From a virus (Duplodnaviria > Heunggongvirae > Uroviricota > Caudoviricetes), in the IMG/VR virus record IMGVR_UViG_3300026549_002494, positions 8,468-72,467 of that record: a DNA stretch of 64,000 nt; one strand, 5' to 3'. Under the pieces are notes generated by a model. That model was not told the origin of the DNA and did no database searches. It saw only the letters and a program-made list of their open reading frames with translations. Of this stretch, positions 1 through 10,761 are shown in pieces. The first letter of the stretch is position 1, and each line of letters opens with the position of its first letter. The translations under genes were made by a program, and so were the position numbers.

Positions 1-1383
1 TGTAATAAATAACGTCTTAGACCAGTCCAAAACAACACTATGATGTTCTCTGTAGTATTTAGCTGTAAGATATGAATTCGTAGTATCTTGATTATATTGA
101 GCTTTGATATAAACTTCTTTAGTAATATTAATCTGATTATTATCAACGAATGAAGCTACTATTTTATAATCGTGTCCGCTCATAAACTGATTGTAATTGA
201 AAACAATGTTAGAACTATAAACGTTTTTCGTGGAGTATATAGTTTCGTATACCCCCGATGAATTCTTTTCAAATAGAGTAAAACAATAATGATTTAAAAT
301 ACCATATGATGTGTTGTATTTTATATTAAATGTAGGATTGGCATATTGGACAGCGATGGGGGATTGTTGTGTAGAAGCTAATCCGTCTTGCCCATTTATA
401 GTAAATGTTACTGTGGGTTGTTCGGTAACTGTATAGTAAAACTCGTCACTATCTATATAATTACAGAGTATTTGATATGAGGTGCCAGCTACAAGCACCT
501 TATACAAATCATCATCATAATCAATAATCGCATAGCCATAAAGCGGGTCTCCGTAAGAGTCTAAGTCAGCACTTTTATGAGGATCAACTGAGTCTACACT
601 TTGTCCGGGCGCATATATACTTCCGTTACGAGGGTGTCGAAACGTATACATCCTTATAGGATATTCTTTGCCAAGTATTCTAATTGAATATTTTGCATTG
701 TCATCCCAATATATTATAAGGTTAGCATATGTAGTATGTTGATCGGAATATCCGACTATATCAGTTGCATGCTTATCATAAATGTTGGTATGAGGTCTTA
801 TTTGTATATAGGCTTTATCTTTGACTTTTTGAGTACGAGCGTCATATGGTAAAAACTTTGCACCCGACATTGTACCATAGTTTTTATCACTCTCTAAAAA
901 GCCATATCCAATAACATTATTGCAATTCTCTTCATATAATCTCATTTGCCAAAGGTTCGTAGAATTGTATGGAACAATTGCATTTAAAGCCTCACCGTAA
1001 ATTGTTGTGCTACCCTGATAATAAGAGGAATAGTCTTTCAGCGATCTTCTATCCACACCATTCTGTATGGTGTATCCGTGTTTCATCTTCTCAGAAAATT
1101 TACCGTCTTGTGTTTGCCAAATAATCTTTTTTCCATACTCACCTTCGTTTTGGATACTAACATTAAAAAATGCTTTTGCTTCATTTCCGTCTCTATCCGT
1201 ACCAATCAAGTCATCACTATACCAATAATAGTTCTTAGTAGCATTGGTATTTAACAAACTTAATCTTGTTCTTATAATTTCACTACAATTAAAAACACTG
1301 CTATGAAATGTTATTTGTTCCTCGCCCTTTTTCAACGGTAATGTCGTAGAGCAAGGGGAGGGAGAAGTGGGTTTATATAACAA
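1..1383 (-). CDS. Tail-associated structural protein downstream of tape measure (partial, runs off window start)
   Basis: Not in the ORF track. Frame appears open from TTG at 1383 (or GTG at 1392) behind an AAGGAG SD; both ends read by hand. Starts MLYKPTSPSPCSTTLPLKKGEEQ. Function inferred from position. Confidence 0.65.
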   Translation of the reverse strand, partial: MLYKPTSPSPCSTTLPLKKGEEQITFHSSVFNCSEIIRTRLSLLNTNATKNYYWYSDDLIGTDRDGNEAKAFFNVSIQNEGEYGKKIIWQTQDGKFSEKMKHGYTIQNGVDRRSLKDYSSYYQGSTTIYGEALNAIVPYNSTNLWQMRLYEENCNNVIGYGFLESDKNYGTMSGAKFLPYDARTQKVKDKAYIQIRPHTNIYDKHATDIVGYSDQHTTYANLIIYWDDNAKYSIRILGKEYPIRMYTFRHPRNGSIYAPGQSVDSVDPHKSADLDSYGDPLYGYAIIDYDDDLYKVLVAGTSYQILCNYIDSDEFYYTVTEQPTVTFTINGQDGLASTQQSPIAVQYANPTFNIKYNTSYGILNHYCFTLFEKNSSGVYETIYSTKNVYSSNIVFNYNQFMSGHDYKIVASFVDNNQINITKEVYIKAQYNQDTTNSYLTAKYYREHHSVVLDWSKTLFIT

Positions 1384-1472
1384 AAGTTTCACATCTCCTT
1401 TCTGTAATAAAATAAGAGCTACCTCGAAGATAGCTCTTATATGATTGATAATACTTCTATATTTGAAAATTC

Positions 1473-1501
1473 TTGACATATTATGTCGAAGTTGATATAA
1501 T
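1473..1501 (+). promoter_or_regulatory. Consensus sigma-A promoter for type I toxin mRNA
   Basis: TTGACA (1473-1478), 17 nt, TATAAT (1496-1501). Confidence 0.85.
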
Positions 1502-1648
1502 ACATATTGTGGAAATCCACCGTTGCACTGTTGAGTTTTTGCCATCTTGTAAACGGTTGGACGGTTAAGACGGTTGCCTTGTCATCCCGCATGGGCGGAA
1601 TGGAGGCGAATGTATAGCCCTTGACGGGAAATAACTTCTCGGAGGGAG

Positions 1649-1750
1649 TTGATACATATTACTTTATCTGAAATTGCTGCTATATGCACTATTTTAAGAT
1701 TTGCTTATGCAATTCTAAAAGCAATAATAGCACATATAAAGAAAAAGTGA
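1649..1750 (+). CDS. Small hydrophobic peptide, putative type I toxin (33 aa)
   Basis: MIHITLSEIAAICTILRFAYAILKAIIAHIKKK*: one hydrophobic helix plus basic tail. SD GGAGG at 1641; start TTG 1649 or ATT 1658. Confidence 0.75.
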   Translation: MIHITLSEIAAICTILRFAYAILKAIIAHIKKK

Positions 1751-1848
1751 GCCGTCTGCTGCAACAGATGTGGCTCACTGAGTTTTGAGATTTTTCAATC
1801 TCGCCTTAGTTAACTGTATCTTCTGTGGCAACCGTCTTGGATTTCCAC
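1738..1848 (-). ncRNA. Putative antisense antitoxin RNA convergent on the toxin
   Basis: Minus-strand promoter TTGACA (1882-1877), 16 nt, TG-n-TATAAT (1860-1855). Ends at hairpin GTGAGCC...GGCTCAC followed by TTTTTCTTT, overlapping the toxin stop codon. Confidence 0.7.
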
Positions 1849-1884
1849 ACTTTTATTATACCACAACTTTTTAATCTGTCAAGA

Positions 1885-4800
1885 TTATTTTCTCATATTA
1901 TTTGTATTTTGAGACTTTTGTTTAATCAGTTCGGTTGATTTCTCAAAAATTTCCTTAACATCACTGGCTTCATTAACAACTATATCGCCTTGAATCGTGT
2001 AGTTAGTCGAATTATCCTCACTCTTGGATAAAGGATTAGCCATAGACATATTATCCCAAGAAACAATAGGGAACATAAAACCAGATTGCGAATCATAACT
2101 CAACATATCTTTCCAATTCACCATAGGAATATTAGGATAGTCCATCTGTATCTTTTCTGTGGGTGACATATCTTCAACTAACTTTTTATACTCAATTCCA
2201 TTGATAAATACTGAGCTTGGATACTTCGGAGGAACATCAGTCTTTAGGATGTTATCTTTGTTTTTGGTATCAGCATTATAACGATTGCCTTCCCATTTAG
2301 CATCTTTGAGACCATGTTTTCTATCACTTTCGCCCATAATACGTTCGTATTGTTCACGAGTTATCTGACCATTAACAAAAGCTTGTTTGATATAATCTTT
2401 ATTATGAGTATAGTTAGTCGTAACATCATAGCCATCAGCTTTATTTTCTTCGATTATATCACGTGTTTTATCGTCGATATAGCCACTCTTTTCAGCAATC
2501 CAATTTGGACTATACTTTTCTATGTTTGCTTTTTCAGCCGTTGATATTTCAAAGGACGGTAAGACAGAAGCAATGGCAACACGCAACTTTTCAGGCATGT
2601 CATTTAACGCTTGGGTCAGAGCGGAAAGAGCAGCGGATTCATTCTTAATCAAATCGTTAGTTTCTTGCTTTTGACGAACTGCCTCGTTCTCATTATACTT
2701 AGTTTGAGTGTCATTCAAAAGAATTTGAGCATTACTCATCTCTTTTGCGGCGTTATATAAAGATTCGGGGTTTGCAACATTGACCTTACGGTTACCAAGA
2801 ATAATCTGAGTATCACGCTCCTTGGCAATATTGTTATATTCAGCAGTTTTTTTAGCAACATCCAGTTCTTGTTTTGCTATCTCAAGCTTTTCCTGTGACC
2901 GAGCGTTCATATTTTCAAGCTGCTGGGTAAGCATTTCTTTCTGATATATATCATTTTCGTCTAATTTGGCAATCTCATTTTGATACCAAATCTCATTCTG
3001 ATATATTTCATTTTTGATATTGCTAATCTTACCCATAACCGCACTATAGTCTTCTTCGTTGAATAACAAAGCACGGGTATCTTCATCTAACCATTGTCCA
3101 AGATCTTTATTTGCTTTTAGTTCAGCCGTATAGTCACGTTCGGTATCTCGAATAGACTGTAAAAGGTCATTTCTCTTAGTTTCAGCATCTATAATGGCTT
3201 GATTTTTCTCATAGACATAATCTAAAACTTCTTTTTTACGTTCTTGGAGTTTGATATATGCTTCTACTTGATTTAAAGCCATCTGCTTTTCATCTTCAGT
3301 AATCTGTTTTAATGCTTCCGCTTCAGCTTTTTTAGCGTCTTGAATTACTTCAAAAACTTGTGTCAACAGTACACTATCTTCAGGATTGGCTTCGCTGACA
3401 GCCTGTAAATATTTTTTGAAGTAAGCGCTTTGCTCATTTTCGCCATTGAACCATTTTTCGATATCTTGACCAGCAAGAATATCTTGGTATTTCGAGTCGC
3501 CAAGAACTTCAGCTACTTGGCTGCGAGCTTCATCTACAATAGCATTATTGGATTTAACTCTGTCATATAATAACTGATTAGTTTCAATCTCATAGTCAGC
3601 GTCTTCAATCTTTTTATTAGTCTTGGTGATGTCATCTTGATACCTTTGTCTCTCAAGCTGTTGGTCTGCTATACGAAGCTTAGTATAATTCTCAGACTGT
3701 TTAACGTATGCGTCGCTTGCTTTACTCATTGTTTCTTCGAGAGTTTTCATACCCTCACGCAATGCTTCAAGCTCGCTGGCGCTTGCACCCTCTGCAACAC
3801 GCTTATTGAAATAATCTTCAGCTAAATCATAAGACTCCTTAGCTGTCTCAAATTGTCGTTTGGTTTCATCCAAAATCAGTTCCGAAGAACGTGTCATTGT
3901 ATCCTGTATCCACTTAGAGGCTTGTGTTACAAACGCAGACTCCTTAGCATCATACATATTGGTGCCGGCACTGTCCTTTAACTCATCATAAATTGATCCT
4001 AATGTTTCGGCGTTACTCTTGGTGTCCTTGCTGAGTTGAGCCATATTTTTATAGAAGGTTTCATCATTTTCAGAAGAAAGTTGTCTCTTTTCTTTAATAT
4101 ATTGACCCATCTTTTCAACATATGGATTTATTTTATTTTTTTGAGCATTAGCTTGCGCACTGGTTATATTGTCTAAACCGATAGTGGGGTTGTCAAAATA
4201 GTTTCCTAAGTTGTCAACATATGCAACGCCGGCTCCGTTAAGACTTGGGTTTTCATGTCCTCTCTTCCAATTTGTAACATACTCAATGACATTCTGTCCA
4301 TTTTCATGTCCCCACTTATTTGCAGGGGTACCGTGAGCCCAAGTTTGGTCTTTTTCATCACCAATTACACCCTGTATTACAGTACCATCGGTCAAATGAA
4401 TATTTACATAGTCACCGATCTTTCCGAAAGTGTTTGTCATAGCGACGACTTTTCTGCCGTTAATAGTACCATAGCCTTCGCTATCATAATTATTTCCAGT
4501 TGCTTGCCTGAGTTTATACTGTTGGGATGATTTGTCAGTTACAGCCATCCAATTCATCCAAGTAGTATACTTTCCTAAACCTTCAGGAACAGGAATGGTT
4601 CCGTTAGCATATGTACCAATAGGCTTATCTATCTTTTCAGATACTTTTTCACCTACAATATCATATTCACCTTTGTCAAACAGAGTGGGGGAGTCAACAA
4701 TTGACCATTCTCCTGTCTTTTTATTTATGGCATATTCTTTCTTATAGTTTTCGCCCGCTATACCATAATCTTTTGTTCCGGTAGCATAAAAACGTCCAAC

Positions 4801-7800
4801 TTTACCTGTATTCCAGTATCCACCGCTAAGCTTTTGCTCGACAACCTTACCGTTACTTGAAGAGGCCGCAATAACAGTATCATTACCAATATACATTCCA
4901 ACGTGTTCCGGCAATCCTGACTTATTAAAATCTGTAAATATTAAGTCTCCGGGTTGTATATCAGAATAATCAACTTTCTTTGATTTCGGGTACTGTTCAT
5001 AAGTAGTACGAGGTATATTAATTCCATTTTTCTCGTATACATATTGCATTAAACCTGAACAATCAAAACCGTTAGGCGAAGTACCGCCCCATACATATTT
5101 AGTACCAAGATACTCTTTAATATCATTAGCAAGAGCATTACCTTTAGGCGTAGCGCCTAACGCTTTACTTAATTGATTATCGCCAAGCCAATCTTTATCA
5201 AATACATCCTCAACTTGTTTTACATATCCTTTGATACCTTCTACCCAGCTATGCCAAGCATTATTATCTAATGCAGGCGATTTTGTAGGGTTATTCGCAA
5301 GCCAAGCATGAAAATCGTTTATAATTATTTTGGTGTCATTAACATAACCTTGCGTTTCAGTTTTCTTCTCTTCATGATCTGCTTTTTGTATCTCTGAAGT
5401 AGTATCGTTAGTATCTTTTATAGTACTAACAGCGGCCGTAGTAGCTTCGTTAAGATCAGCCATTGACTCATTGTAAGACCTAACATCTTCAGCATGCTTT
5501 AACTCTAAAGCAGTCTTTTGCATAGCGGTGATATCGTTATAATACGACTGCCACATATCCCGAAGTTGTTCAATCTCAGACTCTTGCTTTTCTACAGCGC
5601 TCAAAGGAACATTGGGAGTAACATTAAATCTTAATCCGGTTAATGAACCCTTTTCAAGATTCTCCATGTTCTTTTCGAAATTACTTACTGCTTCATCAGT
5701 CATTGAAGTTGAATTTGTTGTCAATCCATTTAAGGCCGACATATAATTCTTAGCAATTTCTGTTTGATACTCATAGATAGCTTTCTTGCTCTCAAAGATT
5801 TCTTCTCCAACCTCTTTCATTCTGTTTGCAAGCGTATTGGCGCTTTCAGAGGTGGAGGGAACAATACCTCTTAATCTATTAAACTCATCAATCAAAGCGC
5901 TTGTCTTTTTGGTTGTCAATTCAATAGATTTTTGAGATAACGTTATCTTACCAAGAAAATCACTTTCTGGGAGCAAACTTTCAGAGTCTTTAAGCTTTGC
6001 AATGCTATCAGACAATCCGTCGATTGAAATCTTGATTTTATCTATTTCGTTTGATATGGTTGATGATTCGAGTTGGTTGTTAGCGTCTTTAATCTGTTTT
6101 GCGGTTGCTTGTGCGTCTTTGCCTACAGCCGTACTAAAGCTACTTAATAGCCCCTGACGTGACTTATCGAACAATGAGTTTATTTGATTCATTCTATCGA
6201 CAAAACTTGCAATAAGGTTATTTTTAGTTTCATCTGACAAATCTTTTGAAGCTATCATATTAATAATCATTGCTTCGGTCAACGTATTCATACTTGAAGC
6301 TGTATTTAATGTTTGCTTTGCTAACCATTGTTGCGCATCGGCTTCGCTCTTAATGTTATCAATTTGTTTTGATAAGTTCAATAAAGTTTCGGCACGCAGC
6401 TCTTCAAGTCTGGCTATAGTTAGCTCTTGTAACGCCTTTTTATTCATTACAAGATTACCATTTTCATCAAACATGTATTGTAAGTATTCATCACCTAAAC
6501 TTAAAATTGACTGCAATGTATCAACACTAAAATAGCCTACTGAATTATACTCTTTGATTGTGCTTGTAATAGTTGTATAAGCATTTTGGAGCTCATCAAG
6601 ACTTGCTGATAAGTTACCTAATGTAGTAGCCTGTCCTTGAGTATCTTTAAGATTGAAAACATCACCAAACTTTGTTCTACGAGCACTGGTAATAAACATT
6701 GATACAGAAAGATTAGCATTTTTTGCCGCTGTTTTTATCTTGTCAAAAGCTTTTGCGTAATCTACATAAAAGTCTTGAAGCTCATGCATTTCGGTACTTG
6801 TAGCTGCGGCAGTATCGCCAACATCCGCAATAATTCCACTAATCTTCGTTCCCTGAATTTCTAACCCTTGGGTGTCAAGTTGAAATAACTTGTCAGTATT
6901 AATCACACCATTTTCATCAGTAGCCTGACCAACTAATGTGTCAATATATTGTTCAACAGTATCTTTATCAAGGACTTTTCCTTCTCCCGTACCATCATCT
7001 ATAACAGGAGTAAATGCGACAGGAATTTGTATATTGCCATACTCTCCAAAAGAACCCATAACCGTCGAAGTAGTACCTTTATAATCTTCGGGGTTGTCGC
7101 CCCAACTTTCTAAGGCGGTTCGATTTTTAGATATGGTTTTATCGTTCCAATATATATATGGACGATTTGCTAAATCAATATTACCATATTTAAAATTCTG
7201 ACTTTCAAGCAATTCCTTCTTGTCTTGAACATATCCTCGTTGAGCTTCAAGATAACTCTGAACTATTTCATTATCGGTAGGAGCGGTTATTTTTCTTTTT
7301 ATCTTACCAAGTTCGATTAATTTTTGAATTAAAATATCTGCGTCTTCGGCAGAAAGTTCTAATCCATCCATTAATCCTTTAAAGAAACCATATTGCTCTA
7401 TGGACAAGTTACTATTTTCATCATAGTTCATTCCATTCGCAACAATCTTTTGCAGGTCTTCATCCGTCAAGCCTTGGAGCTTTTCAGCCATATCATCAAA
7501 TGTTTTTCCCTCGAAAAGACCATCTTGGGTTGCAAAATCAACGCCATTTTTAATCTTCTGTTCCATTTGGTAGGTCTTTTCGAGTGCGTTGCTTACAGAC
7601 TTAGTAACATTATCAATACTCGTAGCAGTATCAGGAGACTCTTTTTTAATTGCTTCCGCTTGTTTTTTTAAGTCCTCAAAATTTCTGATTGCAGAATTAA
7701 CCTTATTAACATCGCCACTCTTATAAGCTTCATTTAATGAATCTACTGCTTCCTGATAGGATGAATAAACTTTATATTTTTCTTTGTCCGCTTGAAGAAC

Positions 7801-8928
7801 GGCAAGCCCATAGGCTTCTAAAGAAGATTTTTGTATGGGAATTTCATCTGCATCAACGCCGACAGTTGAAGTCCACCAGTTTGTTTTTAAATTTATAGCG
7901 GAAGAAATATCATTTAGAATTTTTTGTGCCGTTTTATCAGTTGGATCAAAATTCTCTAAAAACTCATTGTATAATGCAGTTAATTGTTGATAAATTTCTT
8001 CACGAGTGCCAGCAATACTCCAATTATACTTGTTGTCTCCTACTTCACTGGTGTTATCCCTTGTTTTTCTTACGCTATACTGGTTGAGGATATCAATATA
8101 TTTCGACTCAAGATTATCATGACTTCCCTTTAATACTTTAACAGTTACAGTATTATTTAAAAAATCTCTTGTTGCTTGAATATCCTTACCATTAGTACCT
8201 AAATACCTCACTGCTTCTTTTTGGCGGATTTTTTGTAGCTTCTTAATTTGTTCATCATATTTTCCGTTGACAAGATCAAGCTGTGAAGCCTCTACACCGT
8301 ACTTTTTAACTAATTCATTTTGAATATTAGTTAATTCGCTTTTAGCATCCTTATATGAATTTAAGGATAAATTAGAATCTTGAAGCCGCTTATTAAGTTC
8401 TTCATATTTTCCTATTGTGGATTGAAGTTGATTATCTTGTTGTTGCCATTCTTGGGTGGTTTCTTGAACTCTCTTACGTGCATCTTCGGCTAAATGAGTA
8501 AGTTTAATAAAACCTGTTATGAACAAATCCGCAACTATTCCTGCCAGCATTCCCGCACCTATGTTTAGTAAAGAAGATCCAAGTCCCTTTAAAGTTTTAG
8601 ATAGTACACTGGATGTTTTGTTAGTTTCTTTAAGATATTTATTAAAACCCTTGAAATTTTTTGTTGAATCTTCAATATCCTTACTCAATATAAAGTTGTA
8701 AAGATCTGAATTTTCATCAATGCCCTGATTTTTGAAAAATTGCGATGTTGTACCGTATTTTTGTGCATTTTGTAACTTTTTCTGGAATTTTTCTGGTTGA
8801 TATTTTTTGAAAAACTGTTCTCCTTGTGCACGACCAGTTTTTATGTTTTTTCTCTGCTTACGTTTTTCTCTAAAAAAATCCAAATACGCAGAACCCCAAC
8901 TGTTTGTTTCAGAATCATACTGTAAGGC
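1885..8928 (-). CDS. Tape measure protein, exon 2 (C-terminal part with NlpC/P60 peptidoglycan hydrolase domain)
   Basis: Long helical low-complexity protein with motif YLGTKYVWGGTSPNGFDCSGLMQYVY...HVGMYIGN. No SD before the track start (TTG 8883); frame is open upstream to the predicted 3' splice site at 8928. Confidence 0.85.
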   Translation of the reverse strand, partial: ALQYDSETNSWGSAYLDFFREKRKQRKNIKTGRAQGEQFFKKYQPEKFQKKLQNAQKYGTTSQFFKNQGIDENSDLYNFILSKDIEDSTKNFKGFNKYLKETNKTSSVLSKTLKGLGSSLLNIGAGMLAGIVADLFITGFIKLTHLAEDARKRVQETTQEWQQQDNQLQSTIGKYEELNKRLQDSNLSLNSYKDAKSELTNIQNELVKKYGVEASQLDLVNGKYDEQIKKLQKIRQKEAVRYLGTNGKDIQATRDFLNNTVTVKVLKGSHDNLESKYIDILNQYSVRKTRDNTSEVGDNKYNWSIAGTREEIYQQLTALYNEFLENFDPTDKTAQKILNDISSAINLKTNWWTSTVGVDADEIPIQKSSLEAYGLAVLQADKEKYKVYSSYQEAVDSLNEAYKSGDVNKVNSAIRNFEDLKKQAEAIKKESPDTATSIDNVTKSVSNALEKTYQMEQKIKNGVDFATQDGLFEGKTFDDMAEKLQGLTDEDLQKIVANGMNYDENSNLSIEQYGFFKGLMDGLELSAEDADILIQKLIELGKIKRKITAPTDNEIVQSYLEAQRGYVQDKKELLESQNFKYGNIDLANRPYIYWNDKTISKNRTALESWGDNPEDYKGTTSTVMGSFGEYGNIQIPVAFTPVIDDGTGEGKVLDKDTVEQYIDTLVGQATDENGVINTDKLFQLDTQGLEIQGTKISGIIADVGDTAAATSTEMHELQDFYVDYAKAFDKIKTAAKNANLSVSMFITSARRTKFGDVFNLKDTQGQATTLGNLSASLDELQNAYTTITSTIKEYNSVGYFSVDTLQSILSLGDEYLQYMFDENGNLVMNKKALQELTIARLEELRAETLLNLSKQIDNIKSEADAQQWLAKQTLNTASSMNTLTEAMIINMIASKDLSDETKNNLIASFVDRMNQINSLFDKSRQGLLSSFSTAVGKDAQATAKQIKDANNQLESSTISNEIDKIKISIDGLSDSIAKLKDSESLLPESDFLGKITLSQKSIELTTKKTSALIDEFNRLRGIVPSTSESANTLANRMKEVGEEIFESKKAIYEYQTEIAKNYMSALNGLTTNSTSMTDEAVSNFEKNMENLEKGSLTGLRFNVTPNVPLSAVEKQESEIEQLRDMWQSYYNDITAMQKTALELKHAEDVRSYNESMADLNEATTAAVSTIKDTNDTTSEIQKADHEEKKTETQGYVNDTKIIINDFHAWLANNPTKSPALDNNAWHSWVEGIKGYVKQVEDVFDKDWLGDNQLSKALGATPKGNALANDIKEYLGTKYVWGGTSPNGFDCSGLMQYVYEKNGINIPRTTYEQYPKSKKVDYSDIQPGDLIFTDFNKSGLPEHVGMYIGNDTVIAASSSNGKVVEQKLSGGYWNTGKVGRFYATGTKDYGIAGENYKKEYAINKKTGEWSIVDSPTLFDKGEYDIVGEKVSEKIDKPIGTYANGTIPVPEGLGKYTTWMNWMAVTDKSSQQYKLRQATGNNYDSEGYGTINGRKVVAMTNTFGKIGDYVNIHLTDGTVIQGVIGDEKDQTWAHGTPANKWGHENGQNVIEYVTNWKRGHENPSLNGAGVAYVDNLGNYFDNPTIGLDNITSAQANAQKNKINPYVEKMGQYIKEKRQLSSENDETFYKNMAQLSKDTKSNAETLGSIYDELKDSAGTNMYDAKESAFVTQASKWIQDTMTRSSELILDETKRQFETAKESYDLAEDYFNKRVAEGASASELEALREGMKTLEETMSKASDAYVKQSENYTKLRIADQQLERQRYQDDITKTNKKIEDADYEIETNQLLYDRVKSNNAIVDEARSQVAEVLGDSKYQDILAGQDIEKWFNGENEQSAYFKKYLQAVSEANPEDSVLLTQVFEVIQDAKKAEAEALKQITEDEKQMALNQVEAYIKLQERKKEVLDYVYEKNQAIIDAETKRNDLLQSIRDTERDYTAELKANKDLGQWLDEDTRALLFNEEDYSAVMGKISNIKNEIYQNEIWYQNEIAKLDENDIYQKEMLTQQLENMNARSQEKLEIAKQELDVAKKTAEYNNIAKERDTQIILGNRKVNVANPESLYNAAKEMSNAQILLNDTQTKYNENEAVRQKQETNDLIKNESAALSALTQALNDMPEKLRVAIASVLPSFEISTAEKANIEKYSPNWIAEKSGYIDDKTRDIIEENKADGYDVTTNYTHNKDYIKQAFVNGQITREQYERIMGESDRKHGLKDAKWEGNRYNADTKNKDNILKTDVPPKYPSSVFINGIEYKKLVEDMSPTEKIQMDYPNIPMVNWKDMLSYDSQSGFMFPIVSWDNMSMANPLSKSEDNSTNYTIQGDIVVNEASDVKEIFEKSTELIKQKSQNTNNMRK

Positions 8929-8992
8929 CTTAAAAATTCTGAAACATATTTACTTCTGATAAACATTTTAACATAATAAGGAAAAATATGTA

Positions 8993-9021
8993 TTGACATT
9001 TTTTGATAAACAATATATAAT
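8993..9021 (+). promoter_or_regulatory. Consensus sigma-A promoter driving plus-strand cargo operon
   Basis: TTGACA (8993-8998), 17 nt, TATAAT (9016-9021); SD AGGAGG before ATG 9053. Confidence 0.85.
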
Positions 9022-9052
9022 ATAAGCAAGAAATTAATAGGAGGGAACTTTT

Positions 9053-10228
9053 ATGAAAAAAGGATTTAATAAATTATTTGGTATAATTTGTGCTATAACA
9101 ATGGTATTAACAACAATAATACCTATTGCACACGCTGAAAACGATATTAGAGTGGTAATGAATGGAAAAGAGATACAATTTGACGTCCCGCCGCAAATTG
9201 TAGATGATTATACTATGGTGCCGGTAAGAGCTATTTTTGAAGCTTTAGGATATACTGTTAAATGGATACCTGAAGCACAAATGATTGTAGCAATAAATCA
9301 AGAAGCAGATAGAGCTATTTTGATGAACATCAATATCACAGTAATAGTAGCTGGTTCTTATAAAGAACTTTTGAACGAATACAATAATAACAACAAAGAT
9401 GTTACGAACTATTTTCAAAAAAATAGTTATTTAATAGAAAAGGCGCCTGTTATTATTAATGAAAGAACTCTTGTGCCCGTGCGCGTAATCGCAGAAGCAA
9501 ATGGGTTTATTGTAAATTGGGAACCATTTACTCAAACAGTATCGCTTAATTCGGGTGGAAAATCATCTTATTTTTCAACATACTCTTCATTTTATGATGA
9601 GGCACCTACATTATATTCTTTTGCTAATATCTTAGACAGAAAAGAGATAAAGAAATCCTTTGATGCTTCGAATGGATTTTATACATATGTATATTACTTA
9701 ACCGACGTAGAAGACCCTTCTATTTTTGCTAAAAGATATGTAGATTATTTAACAAATGATGGGTATTATATAACTCCAAACAAAAATTCGAATAATACTA
9801 TATTAATTAATTATGTTAACAATATAATTATAAGTGTAAGTACGATGACAAATCCAAATGGAATAATTGTTATTTTTGGTTCACCATCTGTTCTATCTAA
9901 TAGCACTATAACCGAACCTGTAAATGAACACAATATGGAAATAGATAATGAAATACAAAAAACTCAGCAAGAAATCAAAAGGTTAAAATCTAAAATAAAA
10001 ACCATAAAACAAGAAATTGACAATAAGACTACAGAAATGAATAATGTTGCAAAAAGTAGTGATGTTCGAGTAGTTATGGGTGGTCGCATTGGACAGTCGG
10101 GAGATCCAGATAAAATACAACAAATTCAAAATGAAATTGATGAATTAAATGTTGACTTAAGATATTATGAAGAATTACTGGATAATGAGCAAGAATATTT
10201 AAAGAAATTGCAACTCTCATATGAATAA
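9053..10228 (+). CDS. Secreted protein with copper-amine-oxidase-N (stalk)-like domain and C-terminal coiled coil
   Basis: Signal peptide ending AHA; typical Clostridial stalk motifs IRVVMNGKEIQFDVPPQIVDDYTMVPVRAIFEALG and PVIINERTLVPVRVIAE. Confidence 0.75.
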   Translation: MKKGFNKLFGIICAITMVLTTIIPIAHAENDIRVVMNGKEIQFDVPPQIVDDYTMVPVRAIFEALGYTVKWIPEAQMIVAINQEADRAILMNINITVIVAGSYKELLNEYNNNNKDVTNYFQKNSYLIEKAPVIINERTLVPVRVIAEANGFIVNWEPFTQTVSLNSGGKSSYFSTYSSFYDEAPTLYSFANILDRKEIKKSFDASNGFYTYVYYLTDVEDPSIFAKRYVDYLTNDGYYITPNKNSNNTILINYVNNIIISVSTMTNPNGIIVIFGSPSVLSNSTITEPVNEHNMEIDNEIQKTQQEIKRLKSKIKTIKQEIDNKTTEMNNVAKSSDVRVVMGGRIGQSGDPDKIQQIQNEIDELNVDLRYYEELLDNEQEYLKKLQLSYE

Positions 10229-10260
10229 GTAATACTCTATACCAAAGGAGGAACTTTGTT

Positions 10261-10752
10261 TTGAAGAGATATTGCTATATCTGTAAGGAAACAATTGATA
10301 ATGATAAAATTACTGTATGTCCTGTATGCGGATGTGAAAATTCTTTATGCACCTCTAAAGACGAGGAAGAATTGCTTAGGGCGGGGTATAAAATAACTGA
10401 TTTAGAACGCATGAAGCAATTAAAAGAAGAAAGCCCGGATACATATAGTAAACAGATACAAACTCAAAAAGATAAGACAGAAAAGATTGAACTTAAACAA
10501 TTACGTGATTATCAAGCAATGAAAGAACTCACCAAAGCACTGAGAAAGTGGGATGAAACTAAGAAAAAGAAAGAGCCAGAACCACAACCTACAACTCCGC
10601 AAAAATATGTCGTGCATTGTCCATATTGTCAATCTCCCAATGTACATAAAATTGGTTTCGGCGAAAGAGCAACATCTGTTTTTATGCTCGGGCCGTTCAG
10701 TAAGAAAATTAATAAAAGTTACCAATGCAAAAATTGCAGGGCGACATGGTGA
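10261..10752 (+). CDS. Zinc-ribbon protein
   Basis: CxxC pairs at both ends; C-terminal CPYCQSPNV...CKNC motif common in phage accessory genes. Confidence 0.7.
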   Translation: MKRYCYICKETIDNDKITVCPVCGCENSLCTSKDEEELLRAGYKITDLERMKQLKEESPDTYSKQIQTQKDKTEKIELKQLRDYQAMKELTKALRKWDETKKKKEPEPQPTTPQKYVVHCPYCQSPNVHKIGFGERATSVFMLGPFSKKINKSYQCKNCRATW

Positions 10753-10761
10753 GGTATAGTT

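Noticed and set aside
8939-8945. Alternative 3' splice sites at G8939 (TTTCAG|A) or G8945
   Set aside because: They need a 5' exon ending two bases into a codon, which does not fit the U-G P1 at 15904; G8929 gives an in-frame join and a P10 adjacent to the IGS. Not excluded without RT-PCR.
8841-9029. Track ORF of 62 aa, and ORF 15659-15919
   Set aside because: They overlap intron boundary structures and promoters, have no SD, and are low-complexity shadow ORFs.
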